Positions 48,366 through 60,332 of a DNA stretch of 64,000 nt are shown here, one piece after another. How positions within the stretch are numbered: the stretch's first letter is position 1; each line of letters begins with the position of its first letter. A model generated the notes under the pieces. That model was not told the DNA's origin, searched no databases, and worked only from the letters and a program-made list of their open reading frames with translations. The DNA comes from Rhizodiscina lignyota (Eukaryota). Location of the stretch: the NCBI GenBank assembly GCA_010015805.1, contig ML978127.1, positions 1,736,001 through 1,800,000 of the forward strand, given 5' to 3'. A program made the translations under genes and the position numbers.

Positions 48366-48994
48366 ATGTTACTCCGCAGTGACTTTTAACCCCCATGTTT
48401 CGAACATCGGCCCAGTCCCAGCGACCTCCTCTCTTCAACTATGCCACCACTCGCAAACCTTCCTCAAGAAGAAAAGCCACTACACCTCTCTACACCTGCA
48501 GATCCTTTATCGATGTAACCTGAAAAGCTTCCACGGTACGGAATCGAAGTATCCCGAGTACGAGGCCCCGCGTTGTCGGAAAAGTAGCACTTTTCTCCAT
48601 CCCCTCATTGATGCCGATCAGTTTGTTCGCAAACGGAGATTGTTAATCATCTTGAGAGGAGAGGAGCGGAGTTTTTCGCACTTTTCTTGCTAGTTTCATT
48701 TCGATTTTGGCAATTCTACTCCTTCGACCTTCGCCAATTCAACCGCATGAGGCAGTTCACAATGTCCTTTCCCAGAAGCGTGGATTCCGCCAGGAATATA
48801 CGGGGCGGAGGAAGTCCTTAAATGGACTTTTCTATATTTCGATAGGCTATTGATTCAGTAATCATAATTTCTTGCAAGCCCACTTTGTATATTCTCTGCT
48901 ATGGCGCCGTATATGTACTTGGCAGCATCCTCTTGCTCGGCCTCAACCGAAGCCCTGATATCCACGGCACTCCAGCGGTATCACTGTAATTACC

Positions 48995-51900
48995 ATGTGG
49001 GTTGCTACTATTCTGCTGTCTTTCTTGACTGCCCGCGCTGCGGCGCTGAGCATCGTGGAGTTGGGAAATTTTGATTGGACGATCACAAGTCAAAATAAGA
49101 GTGTTTCTGTTCCTGCCAAATTTCCTTCCCTCGTAGGTACCATTATTCCGAATTTACGTTACACCTCCATAAAACTAATAGTAAACAGAGCCATTTAGAC
49201 CTCTATGCTGCTGGCGTGATAGACAATCCACTCCATAATCTCAATGAATTCATTCAGCGATGGGTAGCATATCAGAACTGGACGTATAGTGCGCCAGTTA
49301 TCGGGTTGTGAGTGTATTCAAATATCTTGTCTAGAATTTCATGCTTAATCATTGACAGGAAGTCTGATGCCGCGTCGACCTGGCTTGTATTCGACGGGCT
49401 AGACACGTTCACTGATATCACCTTATGTGGGAAGCACGTGGGCAATACAGACAACATGTTCCGCCAATGGTACTTTGACGTCACCGACATTGTATCGGCT
49501 TGCAAAGCAAAATCTAAGCTTAGCATCAACTTTGGAAGTGCACCTCTGGTCGCGCAGGCCATCGCAAATACACCTGGAGTTGAGAAGTGGCCTGTAGTGC
49601 CAAATAACATCCAGTATCCGTTCGAAATTCCAAACCGAGAGTACATCAGGAAAGAGCAGAGTGACTTTGGGTGGGACTGGGGCCCAGCATTTGCCTCACA
49701 GGGGCCCTGGAAGCCCGGCTATCTGGTTCAATTCAAATCCAAGGATGTCTACGTTCGCAACACTGCGGTCGATGTCCGCAAGCAGGACCAGCTTCCCCTA
49801 GTGATACCTGATCAATCCAAGCCGTGGGTCATAAATGCTAGCATTGATCTTATCGGCAACGTCCCCAGCGGCGCGAAGATGAACTACCGACTTCTGGATT
49901 TGACTAACAAAACTGTGTGTTCTGGTGCACTGTCTGATGTAAACGTCACTTCAGTTAGTGTCGCGGGTCTAGCAACCATTGAAGAGGGAACAGTCGATCG
50001 CTGGTGGCCGAACGGATATGGCTCTCAAACGTTATACTACCTTGACTACGATCTAGTTGACAGCAGTGGATCAACACTTGCGAGCGTTAGCAAGAGAATC
50101 GGCTTTCGAACGATCGTGCTCAATTCGTATCCCGTATCTGATGCGGATATAGCTAAGGGAATTGCTCCCGGAAACAATTGGCATTTTGAAGTCAATGGTC
50201 ACGAGATGTATATGAAAGGATCGAACTTCATCCCAGCAGACTGCTTCTGGCCGCGAGTAACGCCTGACTTCATTCGAATGATCCTGGAATCCGTAAAGGC
50301 CGGACATCAAACCATGGTTCGCGTTTGGGCATCCGGCGCATACTCTCCCGACTTTATGCACGATATAGCAGACGAGCTAGGCATTTTCCTGTGGTCTGAA
50401 TTCGAATTCGGCGATGCACTGTATCCCGTTGCGAAAAGCTTCCTAGACAATGTCAGAGAAGAAGTCATCTATAACAGCCGGAGACTGAGCCACCATCCAT
50501 CGCTCGCGTTTTGGGCCGGAGGCAATGAATTGGAAAACCTCATGCTTCCTCAGATTCAACAAGACGACCCAGACCATTTCGATCGCTGGATCGGCGAGTA
50601 TGAAACGTTGTTCTTCGATACAATCTTCCCAGCACTCTTTGAAAACCAGCGGAGTATATCGTACATGCCAAGCAGTACGAGCAATGGTTGGGAGATGCTC
50701 GACTATTCAAAGCCCATCCCAATAGTTCCTCGGCTTTACAACACGACAGCGGGATCCATATATGGCGAAACTGGTATGTCGGCTACTCTTTCAAAATATC
50801 ATGTGACTGACGCGGCAATAGACTTTTACAACTATGACTCTACTCAGTCGTTCAACCTTTCCGCGTATCCAGTCGGTCGCTTCTCGAACGAATTCGGCTT
50901 CCATTCGATGCCGTCAAGGCAGTCATGGCAGCAGCAGGTCGATCCGGAATATCTGAACTTCAACTCATCTGTCGTTGTGCTTCGAAACCACCATTATCCG
51001 TCAGGAAGTTTGAATACGTCAAACTTCCACAATTCATCTCTTGGTTAGTGATACCTCTTAGAATACCTACTTTGCAAACCAATAATTATATTCCAGGCAT
51101 GGTTGAGATGACACTCGGTATTGAGCGCTGGCTTCCCACCCCCATGAAGGAGGATTCCCTGAAGAATTTCACTGCTTGGTGTCACGCCACACAGGTATTC
51201 CAAGGAGCATTCATCAAGTCCCAAATTGAATTCTATCGGCGCGGCAGTGGCATGCCAGAACGACAGCTTGGATGCTTGTACTGGCAATTGAATGACCAAT
51301 GGGTCGCTTCGACATGGGCATCGATGGAGTATGACGGACGATGGAAAGTCCTTCACGTAAGACTCTGACGTTGTTTCTCTGGTCTTCCACTAACATGTAT
51401 AAGTATCTCGGTATAGACATCTACTCACCCGTCATCATCGCACCGTACTTCGACTTCACGAATTCGAGCCTAGAAGTCTACGTAACGTCCGACCTCTGGT
51501 CCGAAGCAAAGGGTAACGCTAAGTTCACGTGGTACGATTGGTCTGGCAATCCTCTGAAGGTGTCTTCCAAGTCTTTGTCTTCTTTCAGTGTTGGAGCCAT
51601 CAATACCACCAAAGTGCTCGAGCTGAATGCAAAGGATACATTACCTGATTTAGCGGATGCGGTCCTCTTCATGGAGCATTCAACTCAAGGTCAAGCACCG
51701 AACACAGATACGACAACCACTTTCACGCACGAGAACTATTTCGCGCCTATTTCGCTTGCGGATGCCAAGTTGGTCGACCCGGGGCTTAAGATATCGTATT
51801 CGGCTGAGAAGGGGTGTTTCTCAGTGACAGCGACAAAGGGTGTTGCAGCGTACGTGTGGCTCGATTATCCTAATGGTGCCGTTGTACATTTCGATGCGAA

Positions 51901-52027
51901 TGCCTTCTGGCTGCGAAAGGGACAGACGAGAGAAGTAGGATATACCGTCGTGTCTGATACAACTGGCGGCAAATGGACCGACGAAGTGACTGTCGAGAGT
52001 GTGTGGGACCTGACGACTCGTGATTAA
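48995..52027 (+). CDS. Secreted GH2 beta-mannosidase (MndA-like, ~925 aa); introns 49133-49188, 49308-49358, 50774-50821, 51044-51096, 51357-51403
   Basis: Signal peptide; IRKEQSDFGWDWGPAF, KGSNFIP, VRVWASG, WAGGNELE (acid/base), RFSNEFGFHSMP (nucleophile), LYWQLND. Confidence 0.93.
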
Positions 52028-52258
52028 TTGTCAATGGACATCAAAGGCCCGTGGATCTTCTATATTACAGCGCAACAGGTGCTGCTCTCTATGAATATAC
52101 AAACAGTTAGCGTGCCAGCCTCGTAGTGTCACAATAACACAAATCGAAAGAGTAGAGAAGCTTCTGCTCAAATGCCCAATCTCCACAAACGCCATGCAAA
52201 TGCCGCAGAAACGCACTCCGCTTCCCATCCTTATCCGCACATCGTCCGGCTCCCTGTC

Positions 52259-53053
52259 TTACGCCAAAGCCTTTGCCCCTGCAGCATCTGGTGGCGGAGG
52301 CGGCAGTTCCAACTTTGTGCTTGTTTCTGCCATCATCCTCTGGAATCCGATGCCCACACCCTCTATGACGGCCAGTAGTATGGCGCATCCAATCGCACCG
52401 TTTCGCATCGCTCGAGCACCACCACGGACCGCGAGAGAGCCACCAGTGAAGAATCCGGCGATAATGGCGTTCCAGGGGTCTTCTTTCCGACGGATACCTT
52501 TTACGGCACAGTCTGCATTGGATCGCATCAGTATATGGTTCGGTTGAAAACTTAAAAGCATTTTGAGTAGTGGACATACCGAATGTTGAAAAGAGGCCGC
52601 CCCAGACACCGAAGTTACCACCGAGTACAGGCGCGCGAGCTTTTATTGCGGTAATAGCTAGAGTTCCTTCATCAGCATCTAGGCTCCTCAAAATGTTGTT
52701 TGCGTGTGGATATCCGTACCACCTATTCTTCGCTCGCCATACGGACTGTTCCTGAAGCCTTTCACGCCATGCCATACTGTATACTCGTCAGGATCCTGTT
52801 GAACTAGCGATGACATTTCGAGTGCCAGTGATCGTACCTGCTCCACCTATTGCCTATAACAAACGTAAGCGCTGCCCCCCAGCGTATATCTCCGTTTTCC
52901 AGAGATTGATAGGTATCGACTTACCCCCATACAGAATGCGCCGCCAAAGTCATTGAGTGCTACCCATGCTATTACACCTCGTCAGCCTACATTCTAACTT
53001 ATTCATCCAAACCGAAATAGCGACATACGGCAAGGGTCGCGTGTGTGATCCAT
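52259..53053 (-). CDS. TIM17: Mitochondrial inner-membrane translocase Tim17 (157 aa); exons 53053-53029, 52968-52925, 52853-52838, 52776-52720, 52657-52580, 52512-52259
   Basis: [79 protein letters not shown] after splicing. Confidence 0.95.
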
Positions 53054-53847
53054 AGTGATCGAGGGTTCGGGGGAGAGGAGGCGACAGGTCGAGGCGGTGG
53101 TGCGGTCAGAGACGAGGTCAGGGCGAACTGTCTGTCCAGATTATACAAGGATAGAAGAAGGCACCGTCGTAGAATATGAGGATATGGAAAGAGCGGAGCG
53201 GTGGTCAATAGACTTCGTGATATGATGCGCTTTTCGTGAAGACATCCGATCCATCTTTTTCTTCAAGAGCCGAAGAATTCCCGAAGACATCAAGATCACG
53301 TGCGAGACTCTGAAACCTGAAGACCGACGACAACTATCGCCTTAAGATGCCTACCTTCAATAATCTACATCGGTCATTGCGGTTTATCGCCCTGTTTCTT
53401 TCAAGTGTCTAAAAGTCTGCTCATCAATAGTCTTGTGCCGTCTCCATTCCGAGCTCGTGAATCAATGCTGTCCCTCCTCATGTGTCATCCTGAACCTGCG
53501 CCACGTTTCTCCAGGCTGAGTCCAATCAAGCACAGCCATGAAGGCAGCAGAGACGGGCAATGGCCACAAGGTTGCTGCTTGACGCACTGATAGCTTTGAT
53601 AGCTTTGCTTGTTTTGCTCATACCATTTGCTAGCAATCATTGGGCAATGGCAGTGGAGAGTCCGGATTGGGATACCGCCCCTGGTGCGGTCGCTCCAATC
53701 GCCCTGATGGTCTCAGAGTGAGTCACGGGTCAGACATGGCATAAGTATTTCAGGCGTCCCCAATTCCCCAGCATTTATCTTCCTCTGTACTACTTCTTTT
53801 CATCTCCACCACTCTCCTAATATCAATCAATCCTGTCAAACCAATCC

Positions 53848-54825
53848 ATGCCCAAAGCAGACATCAACTATAAGCCATTTCCAAATACTCTCAAGCCAGC
53901 CTCACGTCACAATCATCACGTCCAACTCTCTGATCTCGTAGGAGACCACCCGTCCACCATGGATGCTTCTACCGCCTCCCTCCCAACCAACATCGGTGAA
54001 TACGCCGACTCACGCGCTCGGGCCCGCTCGCCCGATCGAGCTCGTACCGCACGAAAGAAGTACGCCTCTGCACACTACTTCGAGCCAATCCGACCATGGT
54101 CGCATCGTTCAGGGGAGTCTCTGGATCTGTTTCCCCGCTTTGACCCCACCACGGGTAATCGAAGACAAGTATCATCGGCTATGTTCCCTGACGAGGCGCC
54201 GGTGGTCAAGCCCACGAAACGGGACCTGTTCGAGGAGGCGAAATGGCAGAAGGTTCCACAGCGATGTGGATATGACAAGCGAGCCTTTGCAAGGGAAGCG
54301 ACGCGAGACAGGAACGCGAATATTCGCCTGGGGATGTCTGGGGACTTTGAGTTCAAAGGCCAAGGTATCGGCAAGAAGGGCAAGAGAAAGGGAAATCGAC
54401 GAGTTGGATGGACAGAAGGGGAGATGACTGCCGCGGGTGCAGTGCAGGCCGCAGTCTGGAACGAGGATTATGTATGCCGGGAAGATGGTTGTTATGGGTG
54501 CATGGTTAGTGACAGGGTGGATATGGGGTTGAATGGTATTGACGATGAGGGACGAGTGGATCTGCTTGACGTGGTCTTGAGAGAGGAGGACACCAGAGCT
54601 TGGAAGGAGATGGAGGAGCACACGACGGCCAACAAGGACGATGCTGATGCTTTGATGGATCGCGCGACGATGAAGTACGAGACACTAAATCGTGCAAGGA
54701 CAAAGAAATTGGAAAAGGAAGGCTGGGATTACGTGGAGAAGGATATGGTGTTGAGCCCTGAGCCAGCATGGGTAGACATGGTGGAGGGAGATGAGTGGGA
54801 GAAAGATGGATTTGAACTTTTGTGA
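53848..54825 (+). CDS. Hypothetical protein (basic N-terminal half, acidic C-terminal half)
   Basis: 325-aa intronless ORF preceded by a CT-rich leader. No recognisable domain. Confidence 0.65.
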   Translation: MPKADINYKPFPNTLKPASRHNHHVQLSDLVGDHPSTMDASTASLPTNIGEYADSRARARSPDRARTARKKYASAHYFEPIRPWSHRSGESLDLFPRFDPTTGNRRQVSSAMFPDEAPVVKPTKRDLFEEAKWQKVPQRCGYDKRAFAREATRDRNANIRLGMSGDFEFKGQGIGKKGKRKGNRRVGWTEGEMTAAGAVQAAVWNEDYVCREDGCYGCMVSDRVDMGLNGIDDEGRVDLLDVVLREEDTRAWKEMEEHTTANKDDADALMDRATMKYETLNRARTKKLEKEGWDYVEKDMVLSPEPAWVDMVEGDEWEKDGFELL

Positions 54826-55179
54826 TTATTAGATGCTTGACTCCGAAAGATCAGGCAACGTCAATGGAAGCCTTCAGTTCCAAACTTGGCCTTAACTGGC
54901 AAGCCCGACGTTGCCTGGTAGTCAAAAGCTACCATGCGATCCCAAAAGGTATCGCCAGAGCCGGTTTCCCTTGTAGGATTCGCTGTACATTACTTCGTCA
55001 GTTCCCAGTAGAGGGCGGTAAACCGCAGTAGGCTCCCGCAGCATTCCAGATTGCAGGAGCCCGAATACCAATTTGTGGTCGTAGATCGTGAGATCCATGC
55101 CAACTTTTTTAACCAAAACTTACATTGCCGAAACTCCTCAACGCTTAGCTTGCTTCAGTCTCCAAGATTATGAATCATC

Positions 55180-57291
55180 TCAATTCGGTCCCGGAGGAAC
55201 GTCAAAAGTCACGGTCTCCCAATCGGGCCACCCTGGTTCCAGAGAATTCAGGTCCACACTCTCAAGGAAGGTGTCAAAGTTTGTAGCAGTCAGCTGCTGC
55301 TCAAGTGCAAATTGCCATTCGTTCGGCGAAAGTGGAGTTGAAAGAGGCTGTTGCTCTTCCGTTGAAGTATTATTAACGACGGTTGTGCCAAACCCAGTGA
55401 CGCTCGAATTTGCCTCTTCACTTATATTAACACGGTCCTGTTCAGCGTTCGCAGGCAGAGCTTCAGTCTTTGATCGTTTAGTGGACGAAGGGTCTGAGAG
55501 AGGAACCTCCTCATCCAGCACGTTAAGGGCGTTCACAAGCTTGGCAAGAAAGCCGTATGATATTGCACCAATCTTGGTGATCTTTCCGAGCTCACTGAGT
55601 GTATCAAGCGCAACTTTGATGGTATCAAGAATCTCTTCGCGTCGAGGCAAGGTTTTGTCTTTGTCGTGTGCCAGAGCCGAGCAGAGAATGGTTGCGACGT
55701 CGAAATGAGAGAATGCAAACAGATGTGCCTTTGCATTCGTTGCACGCTCCAACTCGAAGCTCTTCCGTGCCGCCACATTAATCTTGAAGCAGCAATCGAG
55801 TGCGAGCTCGCGGAAATCAACTGCAGTCTTGTCCTTGCTGACATCGATATACTTTGTAAGATACGACCTCACTGGATCGAGTTTGAGCATGTAGCCGATG
55901 GAGTGAAGCTGGTATCGCTGGGAAGCAACATAAGGAAAGTCGTTGTCCCACTTTGTGTCGGGCTCCACAAAGGCATGAGGTGGAAGAAATTCAATAATCC
56001 ACCGGTCAATCTTATTTTGGATGTTGTAGATCTCCTCCTCAGCGTAAACTGCACCGATTCTCTTGACCTCAGAATCAAGGATACGGACGAGCTGACCCTG
56101 CCGACGAACGTGCTCGAATGGAGATGGTAGGCCTGGAGTCGCGTCGGACTGGTCTATGCGGAGATTAGGTAGATGAAACGCGCATCCATTGTAGTCGACA
56201 ATGCGGGGCCGAGAGAGCCATTTCGACATTTGCCTGAAACATGTCATCAGCCAACATCTTCTTCTCAAGCTTGTTAACACTAACCAGTCCCACACGTAAA
56301 GGAGGCACCAGATGCGCTCCCGCATCTCCAGGTCGAATTCGGTGGCAGCTCCTGGCGGGAGCTCCTTGTGCAAACCTACAATGACATTTGTTAGTCTGAT
56401 AAAGTGTCCAGGATGAGGAAACCAAGCAAATCTGGTACCTATTTCTTGTGCCTCGCGGATTGCATTGCACAGTGCATGCCAGCTCTCAACCAAGAGACCC
56501 TCAGATTTCATCCATGATGCCACCAGGAATAATTGCTGGACCTGAACCAGCCCTCCGGTCCCCGGTATGATCGTCCCGCTCAATTTCACTGCAGCCTTGT
56601 CATATTTCTCAGTGAGATCCTGAGGACTCGCCACGAGCTCATACACGAGCTTTTCTTTGATGCTGGGATTAAGGTACTGTGCAGAGCACGCGCAGACTCG
56701 GAGCAATAGACAGGTGAATGCCGGAGAGAGTTCCTCGCCACTGGCCCGATCTTTCCACCATTGCGAGTAATCTTCGAGAAATGTCGGGGCGTATATGGGA
56801 TTATAGTGGTAGATTTGGATTCGAACATAGTTCTGGACCAGAGCGTCTGTCAGGAATCTTGGAGGGAAAGCCTTCAAAGCCTCCGTGATTGCAGCTGTAT
56901 AGTGACCCGGAGCGGTCGTAGCACCCTGGAGCGTCATTTCGCTGACAAGAGTCCCAAGATTGTAATTATAATGGCTAGGGTCGTATCCCCAGGCCTTGAG
57001 CCCATCACCTTGATCGCCGATGCCACCTAGAGGCGCAATTCCCGCCTTTTGCTCTTCCTCTGTTTCATCCGCATCCCGCTTTCGAGTTTTAGCATCCAGA
57101 GTAATATCAGCGGGAGCTTTTTCAGATCCACCAGCTTTCTTCGGTCCGAAATGACAGAGATGGGCGACCTTCCTAGCCTGACAATGGTTGCAAGGCCACT
57201 CGCGGCTGCACTTCTGTTTTCGTCGTTGACACTCGGTGCAGGACACGGTGGGCCGTCCAGAGTCCCCGTTGGCCTTGCTTTCCGTGGCCAT
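55180..57291 (-). CDS. Zn(II)2Cys6 transcription factor with fungal-specific TF middle domain (~665 aa); introns 56376-56438, 56234-56284
   Basis: CTECQRRKQKCSREWPCNHCQARKVAHLC; AIREAQEIGLHK..EMRERIWCLLYVWDWQMS..LSRP after splicing. Confidence 0.92.
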   Translation of the reverse strand: MATESKANGDSGRPTVSCTECQRRKQKCSREWPCNHCQARKVAHLCHFGPKKAGGSEKAPADITLDAKTRKRDADETEEEQKAGIAPLGGIGDQGDGLKAWGYDPSHYNYNLGTLVSEMTLQGATTAPGHYTAAITEALKAFPPRFLTDALVQNYVRIQIYHYNPIYAPTFLEDYSQWWKDRASGEELSPAFTCLLLRVCACSAQYLNPSIKEKLVYELVASPQDLTEKYDKAAVKLSGTIIPGTGGLVQVQQLFLVASWMKSEGLLVESWHALCNAIREAQEIGTRFAWFPHPGHFIRLTNVIVGLHKELPPGAATEFDLEMRERIWCLLYVWDWLVLTSLRRRCWLMTCFRQMSKWLSRPRIVDYNGCAFHLPNLRIDQSDATPGLPSPFEHVRRQGQLVRILDSEVKRIGAVYAEEEIYNIQNKIDRWIIEFLPPHAFVEPDTKWDNDFPYVASQRYQLHSIGYMLKLDPVRSYLTKYIDVSKDKTAVDFRELALDCCFKINVAARKSFELERATNAKAHLFAFSHFDVATILCSALAHDKDKTLPRREEILDTIKVALDTLSELGKITKIGAISYGFLAKLVNALNVLDEEVPLSDPSSTKRSKTEALPANAEQDRVNISEEANSSVTGFGTTVVNNTSTEEQQPLSTPLSPNEWQFALEQQLTATNFDTFLESVDLNSLEPGWPDWETVTFDVPPGPN

Positions 57292-57649
57292 GGCTCTACA
57301 AGGCTTTGAGGTTCGGAAGGGAGATTTCTAAGATATTTCTTAAGGAGCAAACTTGTGGAAATGCGGGACGGCGCCAAGATTTGACCGTCCGTAATCCTGG
57401 GTCTTTGCGGTTGCCACACATGCACGAATGTGATCGGTCACACAATTGGGGGAGAGAACAATTTCTTGATCCGGATGCTCTGGACTTTTAAAGATCAAAA
57501 TATATACAAGAATAGTCACACAGGATATGTGCTGTAGCCTCCGCAACATTATCCATCACATCCATTTTCAAACATTTCTTTTTTCTCATCCCTGTACATA
57601 ATGTAGCACGAAAGGTTCAGCTGTCCCTTTCCGTACCCGCAGTTCAAGT

Positions 57650-58462
57650 CTAGTACTCCTTCGCTGGTCTTGTGCTCGTCACGAAGCCAGTCGGAGCGGC
57701 GACAAAGCCAGTAAAGCTACCCGCGCCAGTTCCATCGGCTCCACCATGGTGGTTGTGATGATGAAGTCCTCCAAAGCCAGAGCCGGTTGGTCGAGCAAAA
57801 CCCTCTCCGGTTCCAGCAGCAGCAGCGAGCTCATTGCCGAAGCCTCCAGTTGGTGCTGCGAAGCCGCTTGCATCGCCGGAGCCGTGATGATGGTGGTGGC
57901 CGCCACCACGACCGCTTGGGAAGGCGAAGCCCTTGAATCCAGTGGGAAGAGCAGAGCCATCGGCGCCTCCAAAGCCGCTTGGGAAGCCAGATGGGAGACT
58001 AGTAGGTAGCGAGAAGCCTTCCCCACCTGTAGGTTGTGCAGCACCGGATGGGAAGTGTGGAAAGCTTGTCATCGAAGGGAGTCCGGTCTCAGAAGGCAAC
58101 TGGCGCTTCTCATATAATGCGTGGTCCGTAGGGAGGGAGATAGAAGACAGTCCCGAACCGAAGGCGGCACCAGTGCCGAACGCCCCCTGGTCACAGCCGA
58201 AGCCGTGAGGATGATGGCGGTGGTGACCGCTGGGTGCTGCAAAGCCGCTGAGCGCCGCGAAACCGCTAGATGCTGCGAATCCCTTTACGCCCGATGGCAG
58301 TCCAGTGCCAAATGAACCGCATCCTTCGCCGAACCCTTCGAAACCACCTGTGCCTGTGGGCCTGACGCGGGAAGGGTGGGAGTGGATGAGAGGGTCGCCG
58401 GTCTGAGCAGCGACTGCCAGAACATTGAGGGCCAGGGCCACAGAAGGAAGGATCTTGCCCAT
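57650..58462 (-). CDS. Secreted Gly/Phe/Ser/His-rich low-complexity protein (270 aa)
   Basis: MGKILPSVALALNVLAVAA signal peptide, GFAAP(S/T)G repeats, three His tracts, EKR site. TATA-like element near 58625. Confidence 0.75.
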   Translation of the reverse strand: MGKILPSVALALNVLAVAAQTGDPLIHSHPSRVRPTGTGGFEGFGEGCGSFGTGLPSGVKGFAASSGFAALSGFAAPSGHHRHHPHGFGCDQGAFGTGAAFGSGLSSISLPTDHALYEKRQLPSETGLPSMTSFPHFPSGAAQPTGGEGFSLPTSLPSGFPSGFGGADGSALPTGFKGFAFPSGRGGGHHHHHGSGDASGFAAPTGGFGNELAAAAGTGEGFARPTGSGFGGLHHHNHHGGADGTGAGSFTGFVAAPTGFVTSTRPAKEY

Positions 58463-60332
58463 TGTGAAGAAATTGGTTGACGCTGATTGGAGAAAAAAGA
58501 GCGTGCGGTCAACGCAGCAACGAATGTGATGAAGCAAGAAACAGGGCAAGAGGGAGCGACTGGTCTCAAGTGAGCGGACTGAAGCACCGTTGAAACTCAA
58601 AAGTGTGAAGGCATCTGGAAGATAATATATATGTTTATCTGCGAATTGCTGTGGAGCCAGTTGCTCTGGCACTGACGCCTCCGCCTTAGGGGCCATCCCG
58701 TCCGGCATGCAATCTATTCCACTGACATGTCCATCCGTCTTCATGAATATCACGTTTCAGCGGGATCTACGGGGCGAGAGCGTACGTAGGATGGAAAGGC
58801 GTGCTGTCGCACCAAGATGAGCGGTTGCTCGAGGCCCTTGGGCACATCAGCTTGTACCTGCATCTGTTCCGATGAGATGGAAGATGCCAGCCAATTGGGG
58901 CGGCGTTGGGGACCCGGAAGTGATCCACTCCCTTTCATCAGAAAACCCACGTCCTCTTCCGAATGCTATAGGTCCCATAAGGAAAAGTCGGCGGTAGGTG
59001 ATTGCGCGGTTAATGGTGGAGAAGAAGCCGTCGTCAGCTTAAGGAGAGGAACGTGCCAATGGCCTTCGTTCGGCTAGCGGGCGCTATCCCTTTTCCACAC
59101 TTCCTGCCTTTCATTTTTCCTCTTCCTCCTGGCAGATGCAGCAAGGCTCCGCTAAACTTCTCATGAGACGCCCGGTTCCGTTATGGATATCATGTTCGAG
59201 AGTCTGCATAGTGGATCATTGACGTTCGGCCCTTCCGATGCACGTTTCCTATGGTCGTGCCACGCCACGCGTCCAGACCTCCAGGAGCGGCTACGAAGAG
59301 CTGCTCCTGGTAAGGTCAGACGCGGCTCCGAACGGGAAAATGGAGCGGAAATACAGAGAGTGGCGTGAAACAAAACTTGAAACAGGTGGAGCATGGGCTG
59401 CGCTCAACAATCGGGGTCCGATTTTCTGTGAGCGTGCAGATTCCATCTCGGCCCCCTTGCGCATGCTTCCCGATCCTCATCCAGTGTCATGGACATGGAA
59501 AGTTAAGTGAACATTTCCTACCGATCGTGGTCGCTGTCCTCAATCCACTCATAATGATTCCTATACATTTCTTCAACTGCCAAACCCTTTCATTTAATAA
59601 TATCTCCGACTTTGAAGATCCCGCTCTTTATCTCGAACTTTCCGTATTGAACCAATTTAATATGGCACCAATCGCCTGAACCCTACCTCTAGTTCCGACT
59701 TCCGATTGCCCTAGATTTCTATTAATGAGAACCTGCCGACATGCTCTATCTCTTCCCTCCTACTCGTCCGATTGAACGTTCACAGCGAGCTCAGATTTCG
59801 GCTACGCAAAACTCTGGCTAGAATGGCTTACTTGGCTCTCCTTGTTCGCTCCGCCTTCTGCAATAGTACCTGGTGACGTCGGCCGAGTAGTCTGGTCGAA
59901 AGCTGACGGGCTTCCTTGCACCTTTCGCGGAGGGAGCATAGCAATCAAGAATGAGCAAATGCATAGGTGAAGGAACCCATCTCAAGACGAGTGTGTGAAA
60001 TGCTATGAAAGGAACGATCAAGTGATGGAGACGCACGACCTGGGGTGTTAGCGAGAACAGCATATGGGACTCTCTTCTTGAGATTTTGACATATATGTAC
60101 CAAGTCCCTCGAGGCCACCTAGCTAATGACATGACATATTGTGTAGAGTAGTGATTCAGAGGCCAATTTAAACGGACTCACTTCGACACACGGTGTCCGA
60201 CTTGGCGATTGTACTGTAACACCGCTCACACGATCGATATATCGCCGCGACTCAATTTCAGTCATGGAAGCACGCAATTCTGCTTCAATTCCTCTACGAA
60301 ACTCACACCATCACCTATCTCGCTACATTCCT

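Noticed and set aside
58800..59400. Possible RNase P/MRP-like ncRNA or small secreted ORF (59161-59394)
   Set aside because: Only a loose GGAAAAGTCGG resemblance with no matching partner region, and the ORF has no supported continuation.
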